A stretch of DNA of 63,347 nucleotides, the filler included, from Octopus bimaculoides (taxonomy: Eukaryota), in the NCBI RefSeq assembly GCF_001194135.2. It is 6 parts of 5 records of this genome, joined end to end, with 100 filler letters (N's around TTAATTAATTAA, not from the genome) between each part and the next. Parts side by side here need not be neighbours in the genome. Positions count along the whole stretch, not along the records: positions 16,538 to 32,420 come from NC_069006.1; positions 32,521 to 44,494 come from NC_068987.1; 4 more parts are not named here. The stretch is one strand, 5' to 3'. The notes under the pieces are model-generated. The model did no database searches, was not told the origin of the DNA, and saw only the letters and a list, made by a program, of their open reading frames with translations. Positions 24,780-37,299 of the stretch are shown in pieces (position 1 is the first letter of the stretch; each line of letters starts with the position of its first letter). A program made the position numbers and the translations under genes.

Positions 24780-25200
24780 TTTTCTCTTCTACGGAACTTT
24801 CGATAACTTTTCTCCTTTCCAACCAACATACCTGACAGCAATTTATTTACTGTGTGAAACAGACAGGCCGGGACACTCACTTCGGCCGCTGTGCAATATA
24901 TTTATACCCCAAACACACACACACACACACAAATATATATATTTATTCAACATCGACCCGATAACGAAACTGAAAGCAAAACAACAGCCGTTAGACAGAG
25001 AACCATTTATATATTATTTTCTCAAGTGGACAGGTAAGGTACAGTAGACTTTCTACATCTCCATATTTCTCCATCATTATGCCATCTGTTGCCGATCGCT
25101 GTTTCTGGGACAATTCCTTTATTTAGGCGAATATATTCTAACAAGGCTTTTAAAATAGCCGTCCGACGAAGTCCCATACCTGACTGGAAAGCAAAACTGT
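24780..25200. promoter_or_regulatory. CpG-enriched segment with divergent splice donors (possible promoter or first exons)
   Basis: Minus-strand AA|GTGAGT (24880) and plus-strand CAG|GTAAGG (25034); minus-strand acceptors TTTTGCTTTCAG and TTTTGCTTTCCAG; CpG density above flanks by eye. Confidence 0.3.
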
Positions 25201-25273
25201 AGTTTTTTTCATTGTCTATTTTTAGTTTTCCCTTCTTTCTAGTATTTCTCTGTTTCATAGAACCAGAATTACG

Positions 25274-25304
<31 letters not shown>

Positions 25305-25572
25305 NNNNNNNNNNNNNNNNNNNNNNNNNNNNNNNNNNNNNNNNNNNNNNNNNNNNNCAAACATTTCCATTCTCTACCTCAGGCTTCAATTCAGAGCCCC
25401 TTTTTTTTTCTTTAAAGTGGGTTGTGGGACTTCGAAGGACCGCTGCCCCTAAACTTCACCTACATATTTTTTCTTTGTGTGTGCGTGTGTGCGCACGCGT
25501 GTGCACGTGCTTTTATCAAAGAATATATTTTAGTGGAAATATGTGTATCAACAGTCTCACGCGCTTTTTTCT

Positions 25573-25615
<43 letters not shown>

Positions 25616-26103
25616 TACACACATATAATATATATATTATAGCATGTGCATATGTATGGATGGTTTTTGTATATAAATATACACCTGCATACCTGTCTGT
25701 CTGTCTATTTAATCTATTTATCAATCTATTAACCTCTCTCTCTCTCTCTCTCTCTGTTAATCCCTCTCTCAATCTATCTATCTATCTATGTTATTCATTC
25801 ATTCATGTTTTTTCCCCTGCTAGCATGGGTTAGACAAATATTTTATTCAGGGTGCCCTGTTTCACAGGTGGATGCCCTTCCTGTTAACAAGGTGTCTCTT
25901 ATTCCCTGATCTTCCTTCAAAAGTGGGATCCAGTGAAGGCTTTCTTGACAGGGGAAATAACAAAACTGTCACATCTTGTAGCTCAGTGGTTTTCAGAGAA
26001 GATACATAGATAGATAGATATAGATATAAAGATGTGTATGTTTATAGATAGATTGATAGATAAACATAGACATAAATATAAAGATATAAATACATACATA
26101 CAC

Positions 26104-26328
26104 ACAAGGGGGTGCTGAAATGTTCCTGGCTTTAAGGCTATTGTGAAAGGCCTGGCTGGAGACTCAAACTTCGAAGTTCTTTTCCAGGGTTTAGAAGAAC
26201 TGAAGGACCCCTGCAATAAGTGTGTGAATCTGAGAGGAGGGGGATATGTTGAATAAAATAACAATTAACTGATCCTCATCCTGTATTTTCTTTTACCCAA
26301 AGCCTGGAACTTTTCAGCATCCCTTTGT
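26104..26328 (-). mobile_element. Tc1/mariner-type MITE (same family as 7904-8110)
   Basis: TIRs ACAAGGGGGTGCTGAAATGTTCCTGGCTT / AAGCCTGGAACTTTTCAGCATCCCTTTGT. Confidence 0.8.
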
Positions 26329-27053
26329 GTACATACATGCATACATACATAAATATCTGTCCATCCATCCATCCATCCATCCATCTATTTATCTATTTAT
26401 CTATCTATCTATTTATATAGCTAAATAGATAGATAGGTAGTTAGATAGATTGATAGACAGACAGACAGATACATACATACATATGTATGTATGTACGTAG
26501 ATATGTACGTACGTACATACATACATGCATGCATAATTCTATGTCACATCATTCTTGCATATTTCTCCTCCCTGTGTGTACCTGGAGATTATATTAGTGC
26601 TACATGTGTGTTGCTGAATATTGATCCAGTGTTGAAACAGGTTGATCCATTGACTGAACACCTGGAATTCCCATAATTGAAATTGATCCAAGATCTTTTA
26701 ATCCTTCCATTTTAAATCTGAAATATTTATTGGAAAGGTAAAGAAATTTTCTCCATGGATTATATATATTTTGGACCTTTGGAATTATTTTGAATCAAGC
26801 ATGGAATATACATCCATTTCCAATTTCACAGAGTGGTGGAACCTTTCCCGGGTAATGTTCCATAACAGCTTCTGAATTCCTCTCAAATATTCTTCACTTC
26901 TTTTAGCATTCAAAGCATCTTTATGTAAACTCTCTCTTTAAGGTAAGCCTTCCAAAGGAAAAAAAATTCAAAGCACTCACTATATATGATTGGGTTCGCT
27001 GGAACAAATAGAAGCAGAAATCCATACCCAAGTGTATATATATATATATGTAG

Positions 27054-27102
<49 letters not shown>

Positions 27103-27482
27103 CATACATACATACAAACATCATCCATAAATTTTTACAGTAAATACATCTACGCCGACAAGCAGAGTTAGCCGAGCATGTACCGTTCCAGCAGTCCTCA
27201 CTGACGATGCCTACAGAATAGGCAAACCTAGATGTCTAATCTAGGAATTTTCAGGTCGGCCATGGGGCAGCTACCTACCCTGTTGTGATGTGTGTATACA
27301 TTTTTGCTCTTCTAACAGCATTGAGAGTGTTTTAACTCTTATTTCTAGCAATATCGGTGCTTCAGCACCCTCAGGGACACTTAGTACTTTTGAATTTTTC
27401 ATTTATGTTATCACATTTATATTAATTTTATGTATATATANNNNNNNNNNATATATACGTATATATACGTATATATAAGGAT

Positions 27483-27645
27483 ACAGGTATGGCTTTGTGA
27501 TTAAGAAGCCTTGCTTCCCAACCATATAATCCTGAGTTCAGTCTCACTGTGTTGCGGCTTAAGCAAGGGTCTTCTTCAATAACCCCAGGCCGGCTAAACC
27601 CTTGAGAGTGGATTTGGAAGACAGAAACTGAAAGAAGCCTTTTGT
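27483..27645 (+). mobile_element. SINE family B 5' half
   Basis: CAGGTATGGCTTTGTGATTAAGAAG...GAGTGGATTTGGAAGACAGAAACTGAAAGAAGCC. Confidence 0.75.
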
Positions 27646-27810
27646 AAATATATATTATTTAATTAAAGGACCCAATACATGTAATTAAGTGCTAATAATG
27701 GTTTCATAGGTTGAGAAATATTCCAACATATTCTTCAGGTGCATGCCACATATAACGGATTATGTGATTTGCACCTGAAGAATATGCTTGAGGTATTCCA
27801 AAATTGCACA

Positions 27811-27844
<34 letters not shown>

Positions 27845-29672
27845 ACGTGTGTAAGTACTGCTATGGTACTGCCATTTCAAAGTCTTGCAACTTTTTTCAG
27901 AGATTCTTCAAGAACTATTCACAATAAAACCCTTCCACCATATTCTGTAATGTTTTCACTTCTGCCTTGTGTGATTGGTCTTTTTTGTTTCCTTCTTTTT
28001 CAGCCTTCAAATTAAAGCCATCTTTCATGTGGAACTGTGTGTCTGTATGTCTGGAGCGTGTGTCTGTGTATGTGTGTGTTATGGGTGTGTGTATGTGCGT
28101 GTGTATGTGTCTTGTGTGTGTCTGTGCATGTGCATGTTTCATGTGTGTATGTGTTTTGTATGTGTGTGTGTATGCATGTGTGCACATGTGTGTAGATTTT
28201 ATGTGTCTCTATGCATGTGTACATGTATGTGCATCTGTGTGTGTGTGAGCATGCAATCATGTGTGCATGTTTAGTAACCCTAAATGCAGGCTTATTAAAA
28301 ACAGAATTAGCAATAATGAGCAAACATATTCTCGACTCAATTAACAATTAGAATATAAAAAAAAGAAAATTGTAACATTCCTCCTTTTTTTGGAATCCCA
28401 GCATTGCCAGTTATAGAATCGGTTTAATAATAATATTATTAATAATAACCAGCATTATTAATCTACCCAATTTGGTCTCATTGATTTTCACCGTTCCATA
28501 ACTCTGCCTATTCTCAAGGCTTCAGCCATTGCCAACGCCACTGGTACCGTCATTGTCATCGTCACCACCACCACCACCAGTGGTGCTGATATTAATGGAA
28601 TTTCACATGGCAGCAAATCCCTTTGGCTTTCTTCTGACAATCCTTCTTGGAAGAAAACCAAAACAAAAGCCAGAAACATGTTGATTGATGTCCCCCTGGA
28701 TGTATACAAATTTATTAGAATTTTGTGAAGTTATTGGAAATTTATATTTCAGACAATTTTTATTGAAAAAAAAAAAGTGTTCCTCGTTTAAATATTTTTC
28801 ATGTTTTGGCAATGTATTTGCATGGCGTTTTGATCTGAGATTGTCTGCTGAAACTAAGGCGATTGCAGCATGGAAGACAGAATTTAGCCAGTCAGAAACA
28901 CATGGAGATTGTTAACTTTGTTTAAACATCTACAGTAATCCCTCACCATGTCGTGGTTCACCTATCCTGGTTTGTTATTTAAGCTTATATCGATTCCTCC
29001 ATGGTGTTGTTTTGCATTTATAATAAAAGTAAATATATACAAATTAGTAAAAATAATAAAAAAACATATACAGTACAGTACTGTTTCTACTTTGCAGATT
29101 TTCACCTACATGCATATACACACACACAGAAATATGTATACTGCATATGTGGGGTCATGAAGGGACCTCTTTTCTCAACAATGAATGAACATTCCTTTGT
29201 TTTTTCTTTTTGTTTGTTCTTGTGTCCACCCATGACCCTTCCTCATATTTCAAATTTATTTATATTCAACAAACATACACACAGAACAAACACATAATTG
29301 AACAACAATGGCATACCACAAAATCATAAATGGTAGACAAATGAAATAAACATTGTTGTTTTTTTCTCATCATGGGACATGCCATCTGTTTCATCCATTT
29401 AGTCACATGATGCAGGGTGTTGTCTGTTTAGAATTTTTATCTCTTGGTTGCAGCATCTGTCCTGTTTGCCTCTGGTTTTTTTTTTCTCTCAGTAGCAGCT
29501 CTGATATCTCTCTGATATCTCCTCAATATTTCTCCCCCTCCTTTTTTTTCTATTTCTCTCTCCATTGCATGTTTCTCTCTCTCTCTCTCTCACACCTTCC
29601 GGATTCCTTTTGCAGTTCCTCTTTCTCTTCTTTTTTCTACCACCCACCATTTTTTCCCTTCCTCCCAAACAC

Positions 29673-29718
<46 letters not shown>

Positions 29719-30101
29719 GTGCATATCTGATTTTAAACTCTATGATTGATAGGCCTGGAATAGGTTTCGCCTAGTTGCCATCCGGATTATCTCTTAAGAG
29801 CCCCATCTGGTTTAATGAGTATTAAAAATCTATTTCAACTTCGTTGCTCATTCATGTATAATGGAAAGGAATTAATCTGAGTGTGTGTGGGAGTGGGAGC
29901 AAGAGTGCCTTTTCAGGTATTTTTGGTAGGAATCTGGTGTTTTGAAGGTGTTGTGAGGTGTTTTATTCTATTTCTTTTGTGCCTTCATGTTTTGGAGGAA
30001 TGACGTTAAACAAATCAGGGTCTGTTGAAATGAAAACTTTGTTCGTTTCTGTTGTTATTTAGCTCCAGGACAACTGTTTTGACTCAGGTATGGTTAGGAA
30101 G

Positions 30102-30632
30102 AGGTGTGGCTAGGCACAGGTATGGCTTGGAACAGGTGTGGCCAGGCACAGGTATTCCTTGGAACAGGTGTGGCCATGCACAGGTATTGCTTGGAACAGG
30201 TGTGGCCAGGCACAGGTATGACCATGTGGTTAAGAAGCTTGCTTCCCAACCACATGGTTACAGGTTCAGTCCTATTGTGTGGCACCTTCAACAAGTGTCT
30301 TCTAGTATCGCATCAGGCTGACTAAAGGCTTGTGAGTGGATTTGACAGATGGAAACTGTGAGGAAGCCCATCATGGATATACACAATTGTTTGTGTGTGT
30401 GTGCAATTGTGTGTATGTCTACATGTCTATATATTTGTTTGTTTCGTATCGCTGCTTGACAACCGTAGTTGGTTTGTTTATATCCCCATGACATAGTGGT
30501 TTGACATAGAGGACAAATAAAATAAGTACCATACCTTAAAAAATAAGCACTGGGGTTGATTTGTTTGACTAAGGCACTTCAAAGAGGTGCCCCAGTATGG
30601 CCACAGACCAGTGATTGAAACAAGTAAAAAAC
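30102..30632 (+). mobile_element. SINE family B preceded by 32-bp tandem repeats of its 5' leader
   Basis: Unit AGGTGTGGCCAGGCACAGGTATTCCTTGGAAC about 3.7 times (30102-30219), then head, core and tail. Confidence 0.8.
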
Positions 30633-30704
30633 AAATGATTTAAATGTGCCACTTGTACTCAATTCTTTTTTTACTTATTTCAGCCATTTGTCATATATAT
30701 ATAT

Positions 30705-30939
30705 ATGACAGGTTTCTTTCAGTTTCCGTCTGCCAAATCCACTCAGAAGGGTTTAGTCAGCCTGAGGTTATAGTAGAAGACACTTGCCAAAGGTGCCATG
30801 CAGTAGGACTGAACTTGGAACCGTGTCTTTGGGAAGCAAGCTTCTTACCACACAGCCACGCCTGAGATGCCATGCAGTGGGACTGAACCCCAAACCACAT
30901 GGTTGAGAAGCAAACTTCTTAGTCACACAGCCATACCTG
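30705..30939 (-). mobile_element. SINE family B 5' half plus second head fragment
   Basis: Two consecutive reverse-complement heads ending CACACAGCCA(C/T)(G/A)CCTG. Confidence 0.8.
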
Positions 30940-31977
30940 ATGATGATGATGAGGAAGATAATGAATGTGTGAGAGCTAGCTACATAAAATGTATGAAATG
31001 TGTGAGAGCTATCTATATAAATTCATGAAATGTGTGTCAGCTAGCTATTGAAGGTGTGTGTGTATTATATTTTACACCTTGCATCTTACTACACCTTTCC
31101 TTTATATCAAGAGAGTGTTTGTGCTCTTTTTTTTATTCATTATTTATTAACACTTTTGCAGTCATATTTCTAATAAAATATACATGCTGCATGTGTTTTA
31201 ATTAATTTTGAAAACGAGCGAGTATTTTGAGAACTTTAGCTATAATAGCCAACATCTTTTCATTATAATTTATCAACTGCAGCCTGACGGACATGCTTCA
31301 ATCCACTCCAAGAGTCCACAGAATAAATTCCATGGATCATTGGATCAAAACTTGTCCATCAGGTGGTCCTCAATAAATTATACCTCTCGTCTATTTACTG
31401 GACATCTCTCTGACCAGCCCCTCAACAAATAACTCCCCATTCATTATGCTTTCATTCTAATAATCATCGTATTGGAAACATTAAGTGAAAAAAAAAGAAG
31501 CTCATGCATAAAATCACGATGGATGGTTTTAATTTAAATATGATTAATTCAAAATTGGACTCTTTGTACTGTAAAACCAGAGGCAGTTTCACATGGATTG
31601 GCATGGAAATGGTTAAGTCTGTTGTCTGCTTGTTCTTTATTATTAAGCTCTCCATTCTGTAGCAACTGAAGCTACTTTCTCACTAAACACTAGTTTACGA
31701 AGTAATGGTCGGGTGGCATGGTACTGTGACAGGCCTAATTATAGGGGAGTCGGACGACAGTAAGGTCTCTTTGCATGTTTTCAGCTGTTCAGTTGCGCTG
31801 TGTCCTTCATTCGGCTGAACTGTTTTTGGGGAGGGACAAACAAGTTGTTGGTAGAGAATTGATCAGCAGAGAGGTGGGGGAGGGGAGTGCGGAGTGGGAG
31901 GGGTGTGTGGGTGGGCAATGTTGAAAAGAGGAAATTATTATTGTGTTTAACAGTTTTCTTTCAGCCTTCTTTCAACT

Positions 31978-32335
31978 CCCACCACCACCACCACCACCAC
32001 CACCACCATCACCACAACCACCACTACCACTACAACCACCACAACCACTACCCCCATCATAGCCACCACTACTACTACCACCACCACCACCATCACAACC
32101 ACCATAAACATCACAACTACCATGAACATCACAACCACCACCACCAGTCACCAGCCCCCACCACAAACAATATAACCACCACCACTGCCATCATTAACAT
32201 TATATCACCCCCACCACCACCACTAACACTGCAACCATCACCACCATCACTACAACCACCACTACAATCACCAACACCCCCTGCTACTACCACCACCACA
32301 TCTACCACTACTGTCATCACCACCACTGTCTCATG
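31978..32335. repeat. Degenerate (CCA)n/(ACT)n tract
   Basis: Directly visible; gives poly-H/T/P ORF artefacts. Confidence 0.9.
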
Positions 32336-32382
32336 AAGATACGTGTTTATAAGTCTTCAGTTACATAAATCTAGGTGTGTAG

Positions 32383-32420
<38 letters not shown>

Positions 32421-32520
32421 NNNNNNNNNNNNNNNNNNNNNNNNNNNNNNNNNNNNNNNNNNNNTTAATTAATTAANNNNNNNNNNNNNNNNNNNNNNNN
32501 NNNNNNNNNNNNNNNNNNNN

Positions 32521-32825
32521 TTGTGTGTGTTTATTGAGCGAAAACACCTAAAGCTCCACGAGGCTCCGTCAGGGGATGGTGGCGAACCCTGCTGTACTCT
32601 TTCACCACAACCTTCTCTCACTCTTACTTCCTGTTTCTGTTGTGCCTGTAATTCAAAGGGTCAGCCTTGTCACACTGTGTCACGCTGAATATCCCCGAGA
32701 ACTACGTTAAGGGTACACGTGTCTGTGGAGTGCTCAGCCACTTGCACGTTGATTTCACAAGCAGGCTGTTCCGTTGATCGGATCAACTGGAACCCTTGAC
32801 GTCGTAAGCGACGGAGTGCCAACAC
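32521..32825 (+). mobile_element. SINE family E, 3' portion (head lost in gap)
   Basis: Matches the reverse complement of 37648-38038; ends GTCGTAAGCGACGGAGTGCCAAC(AC)n. Confidence 0.85.
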
Positions 32826-33131
32826 ACACACACACAGTTGGCAAGATATGTAAAACTACTCCTGTGGTAGTCCTCCTATATACATCTATCTATACACACA
32901 CACACACGTCAAACTTTTACAGAAGGGGTCTTTTAAGGTTCCAAGCATCCTTATGACTTGCCAAATATCTTCCCATACTTCCTTTCTCAGACTATTGAAA
33001 TCAATGACTTCAGAATATACTAAAAGCTTCCTTGTACTTTTACATAAAACAGAACGAAAGCGAAATCGTGATGGCACCACCTTTCGAGCATGATTGTTAC
33101 TAGCGTCGCCTTCTTGTAGAAACTCTGCCAA

Positions 33132-33222
33132 ATCAGATTGGAGCCTGGTGTAGCCATCTGGATCACCAGTCCTTAGTCAAATCGTCCAACCCATGCTAGC
33201 ATGGAAAGCAGACGTTAAACAA
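33132..33222 (+). mobile_element. RTE-type LINE/SINE 3' tail fragment
   Basis: CGTCCAACCCATGCTAGCATGGAAAGCAGACGTTAAAC, shared with the RTE fragments at 34604-34960 and 35575-36165. Confidence 0.65.
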
Positions 33223-33634
33223 TATTAAAATATTAAAATATTTATTACCTTGTACTTTTTTGATTTTAATTATAGGTCTTTTTTGTGTATTTACTTAATA
33301 AATTTTTCTCTATGTGATCGTGGATTTTCATGGATGAATTAAATAATTGTGGTTTGTTTTTTTCTCTAAATCATATATATATATATATATACATACATAC
33401 ACATACACACACATACATACACACACATACACACGCANNNNNNNNNNNNNNNNNNNNNNNNNNNNNNNNNNNNNNNNNNNNNNNNNNNNNNNNNNNNNNN
33501 NNNNNNNNNNNNNNNNNNNNNNNNNNNNNNNNNNNNNNNNNNNNNNNNNNNNNNNNNNNNNNNNNNNNNNNNNNNNNNNNNNNNNNNNNNNNNNNNNNNN
33601 NNNNNNNNNNNNNNNNNNNNGCACACACAAATAT

Positions 33635-33745
33635 ATGACAGACTTCTTTCAGTTTCCGTCTACCAAATCCACTCACAAGGCTTTGATTGGCCTGAGGCTA
33701 TAGCAGAAGACACTTTCCCAAGGTGCCACACAGAAGGACTGACTC
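33635..33745 (-). mobile_element. SINE family B 5'-half fragment
   Basis: CTTTCAGTTTCCGTCTACCAAATCCACTCACAAGGCTTTG...AAGGTGCCAC. Confidence 0.75.
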
Positions 33746-34603
33746 GCCATTGTCATTGAGAAGCATACTAGTAAAACAAAATTATCAACATTTCATAGTT
33801 GGAATAAATGTAATGAGTGCAAAGATAAATTAAATATTTATTCTCCCCAACTGTCTTCTAACTCAGCGTGAGCCCTGCAGCTAAAATTTGGTAACAGAAA
33901 AATGTATGGCAGTTCATTGCATATTTATGTTTACACATGTATATGCTTATCTATGAAGTGGGTGCTTCAACATGGCTGCAGTCTAAAGATTGGAATCAGT
34001 ATAAAAAGTACACATACACAAACTTTTATTCTTTTATTGGCTTCAGTTACTGGACTGCAGCCATCTCATACCACAGCACTGAACAGTTTTGTTGACCATA
34101 TTGACCTCAGTACTTATTTCATTGATTTCTATTTTGTTGATTTACTAAGTTACAATACATTACAAACCAGTTTTTAGATTGGTTTAAATACAGATACAAG
34201 CACATTTACCTACATACAACTTTCTGCACTCTTTCTACCTACCAAATCTTACATACAAGTAATTGATCAACCTAGGGCTATAATAAAAAAAATTTTAAGA
34301 AAAAAAAAACATTTGTACTGAACCAAGAACCACATGGTAGCAAAGTGAGTTACTTTAAGACGTCTTTAAATTCTACATCATTGCTTATGATAGTAAACCT
34401 AAATTGTCAAACTACCATCAGATAAGTAATAGAAATGTATATTTTGTTTATATTTTCAAGTAGCATTTGAGGTTAACATGAGAATGATCTGCTGTTCACT
34501 GATGTAGTTTAGTTTAAGGTCAAGCCTGAAATGGATTTATGATGAAAGATAGTCTAACCATAAAGATCCTGTCCTTTGTTTTTTTTATTTTTAGAGGACA
34601 TAT

Positions 34604-34927
34604 AGAAATGTTGATCACTTAAAGTAGATGGAATGAGTGGCAGAGGGAGACCTAGTAAGACATGGGATGAAGTATTGAAGGCTGATCTCAAGATACTGAA
34701 TCTTATGAAAGAGATGACTATGGACTGAGATATCTGGCACATTGCTGACACAGTAGAATTGATACTGGTGCCATATTAAAAGCATCCAGTTCACTCTGTA
34801 GAGTGGTTGGCATAAGGAAGGACATCTAGCCATAGAAACCATGACAGAACTGACAATGGAGCTTGGTGCAGCCCCTGGCTTTACAAGCTCCGGTCAAACC
34901 ATACAACTCATGGAGAATGGATGTTAA

Positions 34928-34960
<33 letters not shown>
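34604..34960 (+). mobile_element. RTE-clade LINE 3' fragment
   Basis: KVDGMSGRGRPSKTWDEVLKADLKILNLMKEMTMD*DIWH (GRGRP.KTW motif of the RTE ORF C-terminus), then 3' UTR and (GAT)n tail. Confidence 0.75.
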
Positions 34961-35574
34961 TAATTAGGTTTACTTTATTCAATATGTCCTTCCTTTTTGG
35001 TCATGATATTAAAGTTGGTCAGAGGGAGTTTTGGCTGGTTTCTCTATCAGATCAAGGGATCATGTAGTCTTCCTTGCTGACTTGATCTGATGCTTGTAGT
35101 GCCTGTTGTTGAATCAAGAGTTAGTATAGGAGGGAAAATGGGTTTGTTATAGTGTTGTATGTTCAACTGAGCAGCAACAAAATCAATAGAGTGCTCTGGT
35201 TTTGAGTCACTTAAAGTTAGGTTATGAACTCCATGATATTCCACTGAGATTAACTGTTTAATTACAATACATATTAATTTAGAGAAAAAAAAAAAGAAAA
35301 AAAAACACACATTTTCCACTTTTGCTCAGCTCCTAAAGATAGAAGTAAACTGTTTAAGATAATTATTTTAGGCTGTGAACAGTTATATAGAAATTTCAAA
35401 GAGATATATAAAAATATAGGCTCTGGGAAAAATAATAATGATGTGCATGATAAAAAAAAACAAAAAAACTAAAAGTAAAAAAATCAACAAATAATAACTA
35501 ATAAATTCCATAGAATTGAACAAGTTCATGGGCCATACGCTAAGATAAATTTTCCTGTTTTAGGTAGGGTCATT

Positions 35575-36165
35575 CATCATCATCCTCATCGTTTAACGTC
35601 TGTTTTCCATGTGGGCATGGGTTGGATGGTTTAACAGGAGCTGGCTAGCTGAAGAGCTACCTGGGTTCCACATCTGTTTCGGCATGGTTTCTATAGCTGG
35701 ATGACCTTCCTAAAGCCAAACACTATATAGAATGTTCAGGGTGCTATTACGTAGCACCAGCATGGGTGCTTTTATGTAGCACCAACATGGGTGCTTTTTA
35801 CATGGCACCAGCACCCACAAGCCCAGAAGATTAGGATCACTTGGCTCAAGAGGGATGCAGGGACAACCACAGTCTTACTTAGCTTGACATCTCTTCTCAA
35901 GTAGAGCAATCTGCCAGAAGACTTGGTCCCTTGTCATCTCCTCTGTGAGGCCAAACGTCTGAAGACCCTTTCTCACCACTATGTCCTACATCTTCCTTAG
36001 TTTACCCCCTCTACACATTCCCTCCACAATAAGAGATCGGCACCTCTTGATACAGCTCTCTTCATTCAAACACATTGCATGACCATACCAGTGCAGTTTT
36101 CTCCCTTGCACACTATGTCTGATGCCTTAAATACCCAGTTTTTCTCTGAAATGACTGACACACCA
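35575..36165 (-). mobile_element. RTE-clade LINE 3' fragment
   Basis: LGI*GIRHSVQGRKLHWYGHAMCLNEESCIKRCRSLIVEG...EEMTRDQVFW; 3' UTR with ~25-bp tandem GCACCA(G/A)CATGGGTGCTTTT repeats; (GAT)n tail. Confidence 0.8.
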
Positions 36166-36629
36166 TGGTAGGTGGTTGTTAAACAAATAACTAATGGCGT
36201 GGGAGTTTTAAAAATATAGTAGGCAGAATAAGAATAGGTTGGAAAATGTTCAGGAAACTATTACTTCTACTGGCAACAAATTGTGAAGGCTAGATTATAT
36301 GACTCTTAAGTGCAAAGTGTAATGTTGCTTGGTAGTGAGGCATGGGTATTGAAGGTAGAGGATTTGCAAAAACAAAAATAAATAAAATGAGTATGCTCCA
36401 CTAATTGTGTAATATTAATGAGCATGAATAATGAATTACAAATGAAATGAGAGAGAAACCAAACGTAAAGGGCAACAGATGTAGTGTACAAGAGAAGGCT
36501 ATGCTTGCATGGGCACATGCTGCATATAGGTGACAGCTGTATAAAGTGTGCCATATACTCAAAGTGAATGGGACCTGTGAGAAAGAGAAACTGAGAAAGA
36601 TGTGAGTTTCTGTTGATTTGTACTTAATT

Positions 36630-37106
36630 AGGTGTAGGAGTGGCTGTGTGGTAAGTGGCTTGCTTACCAACCACATGGTTCCGGGTTCAGTCCCACTGCG
36701 TGGCACCTTGGGCAAGTGTCTTCTACTATAGCCTCGGGCTGACCAAAGCCTTGTGAGTGGATTTGGTAGATGGAAACTGAAAGAAGCCCATCGTATATAT
36801 GTATATATATATATGTGTGTGTGTGTTTGTGTGTCCGTGTTTGTCCCCCCCCCCCCNNNNNNNNNNNNNNNNNNNNNNNNNNNNNNNNNNNNNNNNNNNN
36901 NNNNNNNNNNNNNNNNNNNNNNNNNNNNNNNNNNNNNNNNNNNNNNNNNNNNNNGTGTGTTTACGTCCCCGTAACTTAGCGGTTCGGCAAAAGAGACCGA
37001 TAGAATAAGTACTAGGCTTCCAAAGAATAAGTGCTGGGGTCGATTTGCTCGACTAAAGGCAGTGCTCCAGCATGGCCAGTCAAAACACTGAAACAAGTAA
37101 AAGAGT
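36630..37106 (+). mobile_element. SINE family B, near-consensus full copy with gap
   Basis: GGAGTGGCTGTGTGGTAAGTGGCTTGC...GAAACAAGTAAAAGAG. Confidence 0.9.
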
Positions 37107-37299
37107 AATTACAGGCAGAAGTAAGATGACCAATACTCAGGTGAAACTGCAAATTTTATGAAGTGTATTCCAGAAGTTTTGAGCCTTTTTGTTTAGGAGA
37201 GTTAGTTGACTGTCCTAGATTATTATCATTACTATACATCTAATAAGCTGACATACTGACCGACTTTGTTTTATTCTACATTAAACACAGTCTAGTAAA

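Noticed and set aside
26560-26915. Minus-strand coding-like stretch (…HYPGKVPPLCEIGNGC…MEGLKDLGSISIMGIPG…)
   Set aside because: In-frame stops, no recognisable family, no consistent splice pair.
28490-28915. Candidate exons on either strand
   Set aside because: A strong minus-strand acceptor exists, but no convincing donor or protein similarity.
31887-32336. His/Thr/Pro-rich 149-aa ORF as a metal-binding or mucin-like protein
   Set aside because: A degenerate (CCA)n tract without a real ATG; cannot be told apart from simple repeat.
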